Shown here: positions 27,578-39,200 of the stretch, piece by piece
Position numbering within the stretch: the first letter of the stretch is position 1
Layout of the letters: the number at the start of each line of letters is the position of its first letter
Source: an uncultured virus (IMG/VR IMGVR_UViG_3300025033_000016)
Taxonomy: Duplodnaviria > Heunggongvirae > Uroviricota > Caudoviricetes
Direction: 5' to 3' (one strand)
Length of the DNA: 64,000 nt
IMG/VR virus record: IMGVR_UViG_3300025033_000016
Program-made: the position numbers and the translations under genes
Notes under the pieces: generated by a model
Told to the model about the DNA's origin: nothing
Databases searched by the model: none
The model's input: the letters and a program-made list of their open reading frames with translations, nothing else

Positions 27578-28195
27578 GTGATAAGGCTTATGGATGAGCC
27601 CTCTAATAACAATAAAGACGAATTTCTACTAGATATTGACGACTTAATCGAAGCGGCTAGCTCCGAATCAGAAACCTTTTCTACAGAAGCTTCATCTCTA
27701 GACCCCTACCATATTCAGGTTCGAGACTTCATCAGGGAGCAAAAGCTATTAGCTGGAGCTACTTATGTCCCGTCTGATGTGGTCTATATGAAATATTCTG
27801 ACTGGAGCCCTAACCCTTGCACTAAGCATAAGTTTACCTCCATCATGCAAACCTACTACACAACACGTAGAATCATGGGCTATACTTGCATGAAACTAGA
27901 CCCCGAGTCCTTGGGGCTACCTCCTTACTATACTATCTATAAAGACGCAGCCTTCAACAAGAAGGGTCGGAAGTTCGACAGCTCCTATGAGGGCGTCTAT
28001 AAAGCCTCAGGTTACTTCATATCGCGAATTAAGCTAGAAGATGGCACTCACTACCTAGGTCAATTTAAGACCGACAGGCTGGCTGCTATGGAGTATGACA
28101 GGCACGCATTATATCACTTCGGACCTACTACTAAGTTAAACTTCCCTGAAAGGCTAGCAACATATGAGCAAGAACTCAAAGAAAAAGAAGACTAA
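27578..28195 (+). CDS. AP2-domain DNA-binding protein
   Basis: YEGVY...I......YLGQF.T...AA..YD..A...FG....LNFP. Confidence 0.8.
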   Translation: MIRLMDEPSNNNKDEFLLDIDDLIEAASSESETFSTEASSLDPYHIQVRDFIREQKLLAGATYVPSDVVYMKYSDWSPNPCTKHKFTSIMQTYYTTRRIMGYTCMKLDPESLGLPPYYTIYKDAAFNKKGRKFDSSYEGVYKASGYFISRIKLEDGTHYLGQFKTDRLAAMEYDRHALYHFGPTTKLNFPERLATYEQELKEKED

Positions 28196-28607
28196 ATACA
28201 ATCAACAGCAGTATGCATCGTTTAACCCTAAATACCAAGTGGGTAATAGAAGATCACTACTTACAGATATTGATTATCTAGATAAACTCAACGATGAAGA
28301 AAAGGAATGGCTTAATAGGTTCTTGCAAGAAACTGTGGTCACTAATTTTAATCATGGCGGGGAAACTCTTATTGACGACCCTGAAAAGCGTAGAGCCTTA
28401 TACAGAGAGAATAACGCTAGGAATAGGGATATGTATAACTTATACAGGGCTAAGGGAGTATTCTTGAATGATAAAGAGTCAGACGACTTCAGACCTGACA
28501 TGGATGACAGATTGCAAGTTTATAAGGGTGTAGATGTTAGCAAAGCTGAGCAAGAAAACTGGATGACTACCTTACTATTTATTAAGAAGAAGTTAGAAGA
28601 TCGTTAA
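28164..28607 (+). CDS. Hypothetical phage protein, possible regulator
   Basis: DY..KL..EEK.WL..F..E and NN.RNRD pattern. Confidence 0.65.
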   Translation: MSKNSKKKKTKYNQQQYASFNPKYQVGNRRSLLTDIDYLDKLNDEEKEWLNRFLQETVVTNFNHGGETLIDDPEKRRALYRENNARNRDMYNLYRAKGVFLNDKESDDFRPDMDDRLQVYKGVDVSKAEQENWMTTLLFIKKKLEDR

Positions 28608-29005
28608 GACCAGAACATCTTATAGATGCCAGCCACTGTAGCCGCTATACCAGCTAACCAAGCTAATCCTTTAGCTACTATAATAGGCTTTTGCAAATCA
28701 GCCATTTGAGCAGCTACTAGTGTTTTATGCATGTCCAGCTTCTCACGTTCAATCCTATTAGCTTCTCTAAGCTCTAGAACTCCTGCAATGTGAATCTGCA
28801 GTTCTTTGTTATATTCACCTACTAGAATGTCTAGCTTTTCTAGATTCTTATCCATACGCCCAATACAATTAGCTACTTCAGTATGTTGTTCGATTTGGTC
28901 TTCTATTAAAACTTTCTGTAATTGCAGATCAGTGCGCACTTCATATACGTCATCCTGCAAGGCATCTACTTTGTTTAATAGTCTTTCTAGTGTATTAGAG
29001 TCCAT
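28604..29005 (-). CDS. Coiled-coil protein with C-terminal TM
   Basis: Heptads then a hydrophobic C-terminus. Confidence 0.65.
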   Translation of the reverse strand: MDSNTLERLLNKVDALQDDVYEVRTDLQLQKVLIEDQIEQHTEVANCIGRMDKNLEKLDILVGEYNKELQIHIAGVLELREANRIEREKLDMHKTLVAAQMADLQKPIIVAKGLAWLAGIAATVAGIYKMFWS

Positions 29006-29007
29006 GA

Positions 29008-31311
29008 TTATTCCTCGGAGAGTTGGTCTAGTTCCTGCCTTAAGTCAGGACGCTGCATTAATGTAAATAACAACGCATTCCGCTCTGTAGAGGATTTAGC
29101 TGCCATTGAAGTGAATAAGTTGGTTAATCTAGTTAAACCTAGAGCCTCTGCTCGTCGTTGTAAAGCCTGAAGATTTTCATTGTTCGTTATAGATTTGGCA
29201 AACTGCTTAGTATCATAAACTACCTTACCAGTAGCATTAAACGATCTACCTATGAGCTTATCTGCTCCATCAACTGCCGTTCTAACTAAACCCCTAGGTC
29301 CGATGTCAGCTTGTGTAGTACTGTCTTTTAGATAAGGACGTATTAAGTCTAGCTCTTCAGCTAAAGGCTCGGCCTTCTTTAGGAAGGTGTCAGTAGCCTC
29401 ATCTCCTAGTAGAGGTCTTGTATCGTCTAGCAAGCTTTGTAATCTAGTGCCTTGAGATGCTTTGTCTGATACTTTAACTTGTTGCTCTAGCGCGTCTGAT
29501 ACTTGTCTAATAGCAGCGTCTGGAGTTAGCTCTGAAGTACCGCCCCGGATAGGGTCGGTTTGTCTAAGTTTAAGTTTGTTGACTAAGTTTCTTATCGGAG
29601 TCTCTTGTGCTCTAGTCGCATCGTCCATTGCATTAATAGCATCGTCTGCTAGCTGACTTGCTGGGTATCTAGCTTTTAATGCTCGTAGAGCCTCTGCTGT
29701 ATTTCTAGCTTGCCCTAATACTGCACTTACTTCAGAGCCTTCAGTACCTAACTCTCTAGCTAGACTATCTAAATCATCGGCTGCGAATAAGCCTTCATCT
29801 ACACCCAAGCGTCTAAATAGCTTCTCTCTAGCTGAGCGGCCTTTGATAAGAGATGCGGCGTCATCTCCAGCTATTGATAGTGTATCTTTAGCCTGCTGCA
29901 AGGCTCCCCATTGTTTATTAACTTTACCTAGTTCTTGAGCTAGATCATCAGCGCCCTGCGTACTCAGGTCTTGTGAGATTCTATCTACTACACTAGAACG
30001 TAGTTGAGCTAACTCAGCTTTTACAGGACCAGCTCCTTGTTTAGAATATTCAGAGATTAATTCGTCTATTGTGGACTTTAACGCCTTTGCATCTTTAAAG
30101 CCGACTTCTCCAGTAAAGTTATCATTTCTAAGAGTCTCTACAATACGGCTCTTCTCGCTATCTGGTAAGCGTCTTAAAGCAGAAGTGCCTTTGGGATCAT
30201 ACATTTTAGAAATAAAGCCTTCGGTATCCTGAGCAGGTCTAAACTTAAGACCTCTAGAGTCAGCAGTATCTTCTATAACATTGAATAACCCTTTTAAGGA
30301 CTTCTCAGTGCCGCGTACCGCGTCATCCGCTTGATCGGCTAATGCGGCTAGCTTAGCTTGTGTTCCAGCTTTTTTAAGCTCCCTATCAGCTTGCAGTAAG
30401 CTCTTATTACCTTCAAACTGCCTAAAGAAATCAGAAACTTTCTGCCCAGCTTTCTTGGTATAATCAGCTACTTCGTTAAAGTATTTAGATTCCGTAGCAT
30501 CGAACGCAGCTTTATCCATTACGGACTTGCCTTTTTCAGCTCCATGCCTGTACAACTGCCCCATAGTAGTTCCGAAAGGAGAATCTCCTATTACTCTACC
30601 AGCCCCTAATAAGGTCTTGGCTGCTAGCGCTCCTGTTCCGCCTAGTAGCGCACTTTGTACTAAGTCATCTTCGCCGCCCGCAGCTAGATCTAGTCCAGCT
30701 CCTATTGCAGCTCCTGTGCCGCCAGCTGTAGCTAATTTTTTAGCTTTATCTGCAAACGTAGCGCCTCTTCCCATAGACCCGAATAATGCTGGCATAGCTG
30801 CGCTCAAGACTGCGCCTCCTGCTGCTCCCTTTAACGTATCTCCAGCTACTCCAGCAGCAGAATCTTCTACGCTAGACCCAGCCGCATATAGTCCGCCTAG
30901 CTTAGCGCCTGCTTTAGCTCCCGCAGCTAGTTTTGCGCCCATAGTTGCGCCCTTAGCAAGTTTAGCTGCGCCTAATCCTGGGATAAGCATGGTTCCAATA
31001 CCGCCGCCTAGTTCTCCAGCTCCGTATGTCAATGGATTAGCTTCTTGAGCAGTCGCAAAGTTCTTACGGGATTCATCCCTAGCTTGTTCATAAGTCTTAT
31101 CAGTAAATAAGGACTCTATACCGCCTGCAATTTCATCAGCAAAGCCTAATGTAGCTCCTTGCAGTAAGCCGCGTGCTCCAGACTCCAGTCCGCTGACTTC
31201 TTGAGACTCTTCTAATGGCTCTAGCTCTAAAGGTTCAAGATCTAGTTCCGCTTGAGATTCTTCGATAGGCTCTAGGTCTAGAGGTTCAAGATCTAACTTA
31301 ACATCAGACAT
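29008..31311 (-). CDS. Internal virion / DNA ejection protein
   Basis: Acidic DLEP repeats, RG..QGATLGF.DE, Gly/Ala-rich helices; position after tail genes. Confidence 0.65.
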   Translation of the reverse strand: MSDVKLDLEPLDLEPIEESQAELDLEPLELEPLEESQEVSGLESGARGLLQGATLGFADEIAGGIESLFTDKTYEQARDESRKNFATAQEANPLTYGAGELGGGIGTMLIPGLGAAKLAKGATMGAKLAAGAKAGAKLGGLYAAGSSVEDSAAGVAGDTLKGAAGGAVLSAAMPALFGSMGRGATFADKAKKLATAGGTGAAIGAGLDLAAGGEDDLVQSALLGGTGALAAKTLLGAGRVIGDSPFGTTMGQLYRHGAEKGKSVMDKAAFDATESKYFNEVADYTKKAGQKVSDFFRQFEGNKSLLQADRELKKAGTQAKLAALADQADDAVRGTEKSLKGLFNVIEDTADSRGLKFRPAQDTEGFISKMYDPKGTSALRRLPDSEKSRIVETLRNDNFTGEVGFKDAKALKSTIDELISEYSKQGAGPVKAELAQLRSSVVDRISQDLSTQGADDLAQELGKVNKQWGALQQAKDTLSIAGDDAASLIKGRSAREKLFRRLGVDEGLFAADDLDSLARELGTEGSEVSAVLGQARNTAEALRALKARYPASQLADDAINAMDDATRAQETPIRNLVNKLKLRQTDPIRGGTSELTPDAAIRQVSDALEQQVKVSDKASQGTRLQSLLDDTRPLLGDEATDTFLKKAEPLAEELDLIRPYLKDSTTQADIGPRGLVRTAVDGADKLIGRSFNATGKVVYDTKQFAKSITNNENLQALQRRAEALGLTRLTNLFTSMAAKSSTERNALLFTLMQRPDLRQELDQLSEE

Positions 31312-32870
31312 TACTTTACTTCCTTGTATCCTTGTTTTAAGGCTGCGTCTAGTTGAGCTTTTGGAAGCCTAAATTGTTTACCGTCTTTTTCCACTACAAC
31401 TTTTTCTGCGCTGCTTGCTCCTGCTGTAGAGTCATTTGAAGCTGCGCTTCTTTGCAGAGGTTGCGCGTTGAACTCCGAGTCAATAAATTGCAAAGCATAC
31501 TCAAAAGGAATTTCTTCTCTTCTAGAAAATAATCTAGCTTCATCGTCTACTAAGCCTCTAATCTTATCTTTAGATGCCTGTTTAGTTATTTCCATTAAGC
31601 GCTTGATGTTATCATAGCTAGCTTTAGTTACTTGACCACTCTTAATCTTAAGTAAGCTGTCCATTAAACCTTCTACTAAGGCTGGATTTTTTACGTACCT
31701 AGTAACGTCTGCTTCTGTCAATACGCCAACTTCACCTGCAATGCCTTTAGCAATAGTAGGTCCTAGCATGGCTAGTGACTGGCCGCCTTTTTCGTATGCG
31801 TCATCTAACAGAGGCGTAATTCTTTCAACTCCGTCTAATCTAGTGACGGCTTCTTTGTAACCGGGTTTACTTCTTAAATCCTTCAGAGTATTTCTGGCGT
31901 CGTCTTGGAACTTCTGAGTTTTAGAGTGTCCGAATTTATCTGTCAATCTACTCTCAGTTTTACGAGCTTTATCTAGCATACCTAGCCTATACTGCGCCAT
32001 AATCTGCTCATATGGACTCATTTGAGACTTCTTCTCTGCTGAGGATATTTGTTGTAGCATTGGTAGCGTTTTCTGTATTTGCGCGGCAGATAGCTTATCG
32101 AAGCCTTCTGGGATTTTGCCTCTTAGTAGCTTACCAGCCAGTTCTCTATATTGAGCTGATACTGGAGAAGCGGGGTCCTGCATCTGCTCTTCAGGCTTAA
32201 GCTTCATATCTTCGGTAAGCTCTTGCATAGGCAACTCAGCTCGTTTAGCTAACTCTTCAGCTCGGCTAAAATCAGGTTTATAAGCACGATCTCCACCACT
32301 AGTTAACATACCTTCACTGATAATATTACTAAGTCTTTCAGCGTCAGCTAGTACCATTTCTTCACGTCTAGCCTTTTGAGCTGCGTCTACTAAGGACTGT
32401 CTGCTAGGCTCTCCGCTGAGCATTGACATAATATTACCTACAGGACTCGCCTGAGGCTCTACGTTGCCTTCTACGGGACTTTTAATAGGCGAGGCAACTG
32501 GTGGCTGGTCATTAGCTGGAAGCTCACCTGAGGGAGCCTGAGGCATCTGAGCGCCCATTGCTGAAAGCTTAGCGTTACTTAGGTACATCTCCTCGTTAGG
32601 GTCCCTTGTTAGAGAAGCTGTAGGAGCTAAAGGCATAGTAGCCATCTCTGGGACCGCTTCTACCGGAGGAGCAGCTAGCTCTTCCTCAGTCATGGAGGCT
32701 GGAGCTGGGGGTACTAATCCAGCTAGGGATTGGAATCGGCTATTGAACTCTGGAGTACTAGGATATCCCTGAATTAAACTAGGCGTAGCCGTAGCTTCTA
32801 GTTCAACTAGCTCTTCCTCAGTCATGTCCTCAGGATTCTTATTAAATTTGAAAGCGTCTTCGATAGCCAT
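31311..32870 (-). CDS. Internal virion / ejection protein
   Basis: Pro/Glu-rich N-terminus, GEVGVLTEAD motif, gene context. Confidence 0.6.
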   Translation of the reverse strand: MAIEDAFKFNKNPEDMTEEELVELEATATPSLIQGYPSTPEFNSRFQSLAGLVPPAPASMTEEELAAPPVEAVPEMATMPLAPTASLTRDPNEEMYLSNAKLSAMGAQMPQAPSGELPANDQPPVASPIKSPVEGNVEPQASPVGNIMSMLSGEPSRQSLVDAAQKARREEMVLADAERLSNIISEGMLTSGGDRAYKPDFSRAEELAKRAELPMQELTEDMKLKPEEQMQDPASPVSAQYRELAGKLLRGKIPEGFDKLSAAQIQKTLPMLQQISSAEKKSQMSPYEQIMAQYRLGMLDKARKTESRLTDKFGHSKTQKFQDDARNTLKDLRSKPGYKEAVTRLDGVERITPLLDDAYEKGGQSLAMLGPTIAKGIAGEVGVLTEADVTRYVKNPALVEGLMDSLLKIKSGQVTKASYDNIKRLMEITKQASKDKIRGLVDDEARLFSRREEIPFEYALQFIDSEFNAQPLQRSAASNDSTAGASSAEKVVVEKDGKQFRLPKAQLDAALKQGYKEVK

Positions 32871-32879
32871 GCTTATTCC

Positions 32880-33923
32880 TTATGATCGCACTCCGTAGGG
32901 ATTAGTGCTAGATTGAACTTTTTTAGTTAAGTCTTTATTCTCCGTAGGCTCGGAGTCCCCAAATAAGTTAGTCTTATTCAAGATATCTATTCCAGTGTTG
33001 ATACCCCCTGATATAGCTTTGCTAGTATTGTCCGCTCCGGTTCTAGATCTGTCAGCTTCTCCTGAAGCTGCATCATACTTAGTTCTAGATATAACATTCT
33101 GGTAATCGGCAGCTTTGCCTCTACCACCTACTAACTGATCTGCTTGCTTATTACGAAGATCTAGATTTCCAGTAGTAACATTTCTAAGCACTCCGGCACG
33201 ACCTTCGCCTGCTCGGTTAGTAGCTCCTACATTTCTTGTGTTAGCGTCAGCTCGGTACTTAGTATTGAACTGATTAATGCTATCTCTAGCTTGAGCTACA
33301 TTAGCAGCTTCTGAGTAATCCTGTCCTCTAATATTACCTGCCATGTTACCTGATTGTAGCACAGCTTCCATAGCGCGTCTATCTCTTTGTGCTGCTAAGT
33401 TCTGAGCTTCTTGAGCTGCACCTGAGTAGGCACTGCCTGCAGCAGCCATTTGAGCTGCTAGAGTATCTCCAGCGCCTAAGCGTCCTTGCCTAGCGGCTTG
33501 TTGTAGCACTGCTCCTTGTGCACCTTGGTTAGCAGCGCCTGCGGCATTCATAATTTCATTACGAGCTACTTCTTCTTCAATAGTCAATCCTTCTTGGCCT
33601 CTACGAGTCATGGCAGCTAGTGCGTCCATTTGAGCTTGTTTGAAGGTAGGATCTAACGTGATGTTAGCTAACTCAGTGTCCCCCATTTGCTCAGCGACTT
33701 CCATCTGAGGATCATAGAACTCTAGGTCCGCTGCATTTAATTGCTCATAATCAGCTACATAATCTTCAGGAGATAATGCATTATTCTGCATATCTTGTAC
33801 ATATTTAGCTAAGGCGGCTCGTTGAGCTTCTTCGGCTTTCTTCTTAGCGTTGCTACCAATAAGGCCGCTGGCTAAGCTGCCTAAGCCTTTTAGCCCTGCT
33901 GTTGCTAGTAATGGTAATGCCAT
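32880..33923 (-). CDS. Internal virion / pilot-like ejection protein
   Basis: Gly-rich hydrophobic N-terminus, Ala/Gln-rich coiled coil. Confidence 0.6.
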   Translation of the reverse strand: MALPLLATAGLKGLGSLASGLIGSNAKKKAEEAQRAALAKYVQDMQNNALSPEDYVADYEQLNAADLEFYDPQMEVAEQMGDTELANITLDPTFKQAQMDALAAMTRRGQEGLTIEEEVARNEIMNAAGAANQGAQGAVLQQAARQGRLGAGDTLAAQMAAAGSAYSGAAQEAQNLAAQRDRRAMEAVLQSGNMAGNIRGQDYSEAANVAQARDSINQFNTKYRADANTRNVGATNRAGEGRAGVLRNVTTGNLDLRNKQADQLVGGRGKAADYQNVISRTKYDAASGEADRSRTGADNTSKAISGGINTGIDILNKTNLFGDSEPTENKDLTKKVQSSTNPYGVRS

Positions 33924-33935
33924 GCGATCTTCTCC

Positions 33936-35840
33936 TTAGTATATGCCTGTAGTTACAGGCTTCAAGTCTGTTCTAATGTCCTCATAGGAAATACCTTTTC
34001 CATATGAATTTTGTAGTGCTGAGATAGCTGCGTTCTTAGTTTGAGCATTGGTTAATCCTTGGTCAACTACGGATCGCGTCGCGTTTCCAAGAGCATTAGA
34101 CGCTGCATTGAAGGATCTACTCAGCTCTTTTGGAAGAGTGGGCTGTCTGCGACCTGCAAATGAATTTCTATATGCGTCCACTGCTGCAGCTTGTTTTTGG
34201 TACTCGGCTGCAGCATTTCGAAACCCTTCCTGTTGTTGTGGGTCTAATCTTGACAGCATTGATTCAATAGTACGCCCGCCTCCAGCCTTAGCTTCATTAA
34301 ACACGTCATTACGAGCAGACTGGAAATTAGATGCATAGTGCTGAGCGCCTTCAACGTCTCCCGAAACTCCCTTGAGTCTTTCGAAGTTCTGACCAATAGC
34401 CGGATTAGTAAACACGTCTCCGAGATTAGCCACGCTGCTGTTGTACTGCATAGCGTCTGTGGGATCGAACTCTTGTATACCTTCTATATTCTCAATAGAA
34501 GCGTTGCCAGCCATCATATCTTGAATTTGTTGAGAGTCTACACCCTCTAGAGCTTCTACTGGTAGATTAAGCATATTAGCTAGAGCATTAACCTTAGCAG
34601 CTCGTTCCCTATCTACAGTCTCAAGTCCTATATCTTGTGCAGCTGTTAGTCTGTTAGTAATGTCGAATCCTAGCTTAGACTCCGGGTCGGCATTGGCTTG
34701 CATAAACTTATCTACTGGTATGAGATTACCGCCGCCTAAGTCTACCATCTGACCTTGTAGAGTATCTACTACGTTAACTCCAGAGCGTCTAAGCGCTTCT
34801 ACTTGACCAACTCCAGTAACGCTGTCAGCAGCTGCCATTGATTCAGCATTTGCAAATAACTGCGCTTGGCTAGCGAGTAGCTCTTGCTTCATCTCGTTAG
34901 CATTACGCTCAATCTGTCCGATTAAGCCTTCAGCTTCTTCAGTACCAATAAGTCCTGCATTAACAGCCTCCATAACCTTAGCTTTTTCAGTCTGTAAGTT
35001 AGTCTCTAGATCAGTAGCTTGTTGTTGTAGGTTCATAGCCTGTACGCGCTGAGACTCTTGTTGTAATCTCTGCATGTTGGTATCAGTTCCAGTTAAGGCA
35101 GTATCTAGGGCCGATTCGCCTCTGCTGTATGTATTAGGTCTATTAGCTACTCTCTTAAGAGCTTCTTGTCTACCCGCTTCTGAGGTCAAGCTACGTGCAA
35201 ACTCATTGGCTTCTTGTACTTGGCCAAGTCTGTCAACCTGGCCTTCTACGTTTACATTCTCTAGGCCGCGCTTAGCTTCATCTCCAGCCATTACACCTGA
35301 TTGGATAGTACCTTGCAGGTTAGTAGCTTGTTGTTGCCAAGCGGTAGGCTGGCCAGCTTCTGGAGCTGCTTGTTGAGGTTGAGCTTCTTGTTGAGCTGGT
35401 GCTTGCTCTGGCTGATTAGGCTGCGTGCCATCGTCCTGTAAAGCTCTGAAATCAGTAACAGCTCCGCTAGCTGCTCCGATCTTGCCCATAGCTGTATCCT
35501 GAATGCCTGTGGTCGCTCCTGTTAAACGATCTTGCTCTCCCGTGATATTTTGTTGGGCGGTATCTGAACGCTGCTGTGAGGCTCCCTGGAGCTTCTGAGT
35601 GGTTTGTGCTGAGCCTCTCTTGTTACCTTCCATGTAGTTACGAAGGTTAGTAAAGGAGCCTGATCTGGAGCCTTCGCGTCCTGCAAAGGAGCCTCCGCCA
35701 GATTGAGTCTGACCGCTGCTTACTCCGCCAGTAGTTCCGCCAGCCGTAGCTGAGTCGCCACTAGTGGTCTGTAGAGAGTTTCCGCCAGCCTGCTGACCCT
35801 GCTCTTCTTCTAGTAAGTTCTTGTCTTTTATAGTAGGCAC
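33936..35840 (-). CDS. Gln/Ala-rich virion protein
   Basis: SGSFTNL..Y motif, low complexity, structural context. Confidence 0.55.
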   Translation of the reverse strand: MPTIKDKNLLEEEQGQQAGGNSLQTTSGDSATAGGTTGGVSSGQTQSGGGSFAGREGSRSGSFTNLRNYMEGNKRGSAQTTQKLQGASQQRSDTAQQNITGEQDRLTGATTGIQDTAMGKIGAASGAVTDFRALQDDGTQPNQPEQAPAQQEAQPQQAAPEAGQPTAWQQQATNLQGTIQSGVMAGDEAKRGLENVNVEGQVDRLGQVQEANEFARSLTSEAGRQEALKRVANRPNTYSRGESALDTALTGTDTNMQRLQQESQRVQAMNLQQQATDLETNLQTEKAKVMEAVNAGLIGTEEAEGLIGQIERNANEMKQELLASQAQLFANAESMAAADSVTGVGQVEALRRSGVNVVDTLQGQMVDLGGGNLIPVDKFMQANADPESKLGFDITNRLTAAQDIGLETVDRERAAKVNALANMLNLPVEALEGVDSQQIQDMMAGNASIENIEGIQEFDPTDAMQYNSSVANLGDVFTNPAIGQNFERLKGVSGDVEGAQHYASNFQSARNDVFNEAKAGGGRTIESMLSRLDPQQQEGFRNAAAEYQKQAAAVDAYRNSFAGRRQPTLPKELSRSFNAASNALGNATRSVVDQGLTNAQTKNAAISALQNSYGKGISYEDIRTDLKPVTTGIY

Positions 35841-35861
35841 TAGTTTAACTCCTAACTCTTA

Positions 35862-35884
35862 GTTTGTTTACTCGTTTAGTAATA
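35862..35884 (-). promoter_or_regulatory. Candidate late promoter TATTAC-N10-AACAAAC
   Basis: Member of the recurrent motif. Confidence 0.5.
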
Positions 35885-36281
35885 TCAGCTTGATACGATA
35901 CTGACTGGTTCCGGTTAATCCGGTTATATTGTTGATTCTTATACTCTTAAGTCCGTTGGATTCTACGTTAGAGAACTCTACGAACGGGGCTCCTGTTAGA
36001 GTAGCTGTGGAGTTGGTTAAGTTAGTCACTCTAGATACTAGGACGCTATCACAGAAGTTTAGGTTAGTTCTTAGAGTTAGCGGTAAATCATTATCGGGAG
36101 TTACTGTAATTACTTTAACTTCGCCATCTAGGTTATCTGTGATATTTAGTCGCTTATCTAAAGATACTAGGAGGTTATCTAGGAACGGATTGAGCGTGAA
36201 TGCCAACTTGTTCACTAAGTTACTATATTCCTGCGGAAAGTCCTCGGCTAGAATCTTACTGATCTTTCTAATCTTAGCCAT
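35868..36281 (-). CDS. Putative tail/virion protein
   Basis: Position after the nozzle gene. Confidence 0.55.
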   Translation of the reverse strand: MAKIRKISKILAEDFPQEYSNLVNKLAFTLNPFLDNLLVSLDKRLNITDNLDGEVKVITVTPDNDLPLTLRTNLNFCDSVLVSRVTNLTNSTATLTGAPFVEFSNVESNGLKSIRINNITGLTGTSQYRIKLILLNE

Positions 36282-39200
36282 TAGGGATCTCCTGTCCTAT
36301 CTGATACCATTCTGTAATACAAAGCTATCCCCTCTAGTTCCCACTTTTCCCTGGCAACTGAGGTTTTATATGTTACGTTTAGCAGCCTGCATCTCTGCTT
36401 ATTTCTAGGTATGATCGTTCGCATAGCCTCTTCGTAGGGATCGCCTCCCCAAGCTAGCTCGCCCCATGAGAACATACCCCAGTTACCGAATAGGTTAATT
36501 TCAATGCTAGTAGTGTCTTCAGTTCGACTAGTCTCTGAATTAAATATTAAGCTAATCTCAGAGCCTCTATAGTCATCGAACATCACATGCGCTTGCCTAA
36601 AGTGTTTAGTAGCTGCTGGATTGCCCGCGTGTACTGGGGCATAAGTAACTTTCTTTTCGTAGCCATCATACACTATAGCCGAGTCTACTTGGAATCTAAG
36701 ATTCCTGTTCATAGTAACTAATAGATTATCTGTATCTACAGCTACAACTTCAGACTCTAGCTCGTAGCTATATGTCGTAGACCCTGAAGGGGTTACTACG
36801 GTTCTAGATAAGGACTGTTCGATAATATCGCCTACCTGAATGTTTGTAATTATATCTACTTCTAGGGATACGGGAACTTCTCTATTAAGAGCACTCCAAG
36901 TTCCAGTAGTTCCAGCTCCAGTGACCGCTGCTGGAATAGTGAAGGTATTGGAGTCAATTATGGTAATTTCGTACTCTACGTCGTCGATGCTAGGGATAGC
37001 GTCGCAGTCTCTGATGGTAATGATATCGCCGTTCTCAAGTCCATGGTTAGTTGCGGTTATAATTGCAGGACTAGTTGCCTGTACTTGAGTTATCTGATTA
37101 CTTACAGCCGTTACATTTATATTATGCTGCCTATCGGCATGGTCTTTATAATTAAATTCTTTACGCTCTTGTTCCATGTAGTTTGTGTCAGACGCGCCTA
37201 GATAGAGCTTATCGTCAAAAGAATTAACAATACCGCAAGTCTTACTCAAGTCCCAAGTAGTCCAAGCCTCTGTTATGGTGTTATATACAAACGCTATAGT
37301 GGCGGTAGTATCAGCCTCATCTTTGACTGTAAATAATATATACTTCCTATCTGATTGATAAGCCACTCCAAAAGTAGCTGTAGAGAAGGAAGTAAAATCC
37401 GGGTCTAGTAGATTTAATAACTGGTCCTCGATCTGCCTACTTACAATGCTAACTCCAGTATCTGATACCGAAGTGATGCCTTGATCTGTAAATACATAAA
37501 TAGTATTGTTTAAGGTAGCTACTGACTCTCTAGCTTCAATTTTAGCGGTCTGGTCGAATCCACTTAAGTTCAGCTGTTGTGGAGTACTTCCAGTAACACG
37601 GAATATGCCTTCAGTAGTAAATACAAAGAGGCTATCCCTAAGAGCTTTAATTCTAACGATTTCAGTATCGCCTCCTCCTACCCTAAAGAAGTTTAAGGCT
37701 GGTACGGCTTCAGGCTCATTCAATTTAGAATAATATAGCCTGTTAGTTTTCTCATTGTTTTCGGAGTTAGTTGCATTGGTCAAGGCTGGGTTAAAAGCTG
37801 AGAAGCCGCCGCTAAAAGCGTTAAAAGCCTGTAGGGTAAATCCGCCGTCGTTCAATTCACGACTCTCTATAACTATTTTACCTGGGGGATCATTAGGCAT
37901 AGATACATAAGAAGATGTAACAATAGAGTTAGCAGTAGCTCCATTGATAGCTCGTATGATACTCCTAGCAGTATCTTCGATGTTCTCGGCTACTGTACCT
38001 GATGTGAATTTCTTAGCTACTCCACTAGCTAGGTTTTCACTGCTAGCAAAGGTTATATCAAATGTAGTAGAGCTTCCAGTAAAGGTGACTGTAGTGTTAG
38101 TGTCTGTAACGGTTCCAGCGCTGCCTGCTCCAGACGTAGTGACTGGTACTGAAAATGTAGTCGCTGATAATACAGTGACTACTCTAGTGCCATCAATTAC
38201 TGGAGTGGAATTAGTGCCAGTGATATCTACTGACTGTCCTGAAGTGAGTCCGTGAGCTTCTGAAGTAGTGACTACGGCTGCTGTGTCCACTGAGATAGTG
38301 CTAATGGTATACTCAGGTAAGATGAAGTCTAATCCGGTTAAGTCTAGGCTGAATTGATGCCTAGTCTTGGTATTAGCATAGAATGTAATGTTATTATAAA
38401 GCGCTATATCCTTAGCAAAAGGAGGTTGCGTATTAGCTTGCCCGTCGCCCTCTTGAGTGTCGTTTTGATAAAAAGCTGCGCCTCTATACAAGTCTAGTTG
38501 TATATCAAGTACACTAAGCTCCCCAGCTGCTAAGTCTGCGTAGCTAGGATTGTCTTCATAAACAAGTTGATAATCTTCTGAAGGAGGAGTAGCCTCATCT
38601 GGAGAACCACTAGTTCTGTATATCTGATAGAAGTGTGCTGTAGTTATGTTCTCAGGGATGCTGATAGTAAGCTTAGTAGCTTGTGCAATTCCAGCATTAG
38701 GGTTAGTAATAAACGACCTACTAGAGCCAGCCCCTAGAATTAGGTTGTTGTTAGCATCCTTGATGCCCCATACTACTCTATAGCCTCGTTGCTGATCGTC
38801 TGCGAACCAGTTAGCTGAGGTAGTATTATCTAACTCTACGGTAAAGTCTAGTGCTTTAGGAACACCTGCTGGTACTATAGTTGAGTTGAAGGCATCTAAT
38901 TTCTTAACACCTTCTTTAGTAGTAAAGTATAAGTTACCATTAACCTCAGCGCTTTGTATTTTAACGCCACTGTCGGGCTCTAGGATGTCGTTAGCTGTGG
39001 CCTCTAATAAGAAGCTGTCCCCTGTGTCTGGACTAACAGCCGGGGCGCTAGCTGCTGTATAAGTAAACTCGGTAGTGCTAGTCACTGTAGCGGTAAAGCT
39101 GCCGTTGTACTCTGCGTCAGCAGCTCCCGCAATAACCACTGAATCTCCAGTAGCAAGTCCGTGAGCTGATATGGTAGCAGCCGTAACCGCAGTCCCTGTA

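Noticed and set aside
31200..31300. DLEPL repeats at the N-terminus of the 767-aa protein
   Set aside because: Short acidic repeats are common at the start of podovirus ejection proteins; only a local duplication.
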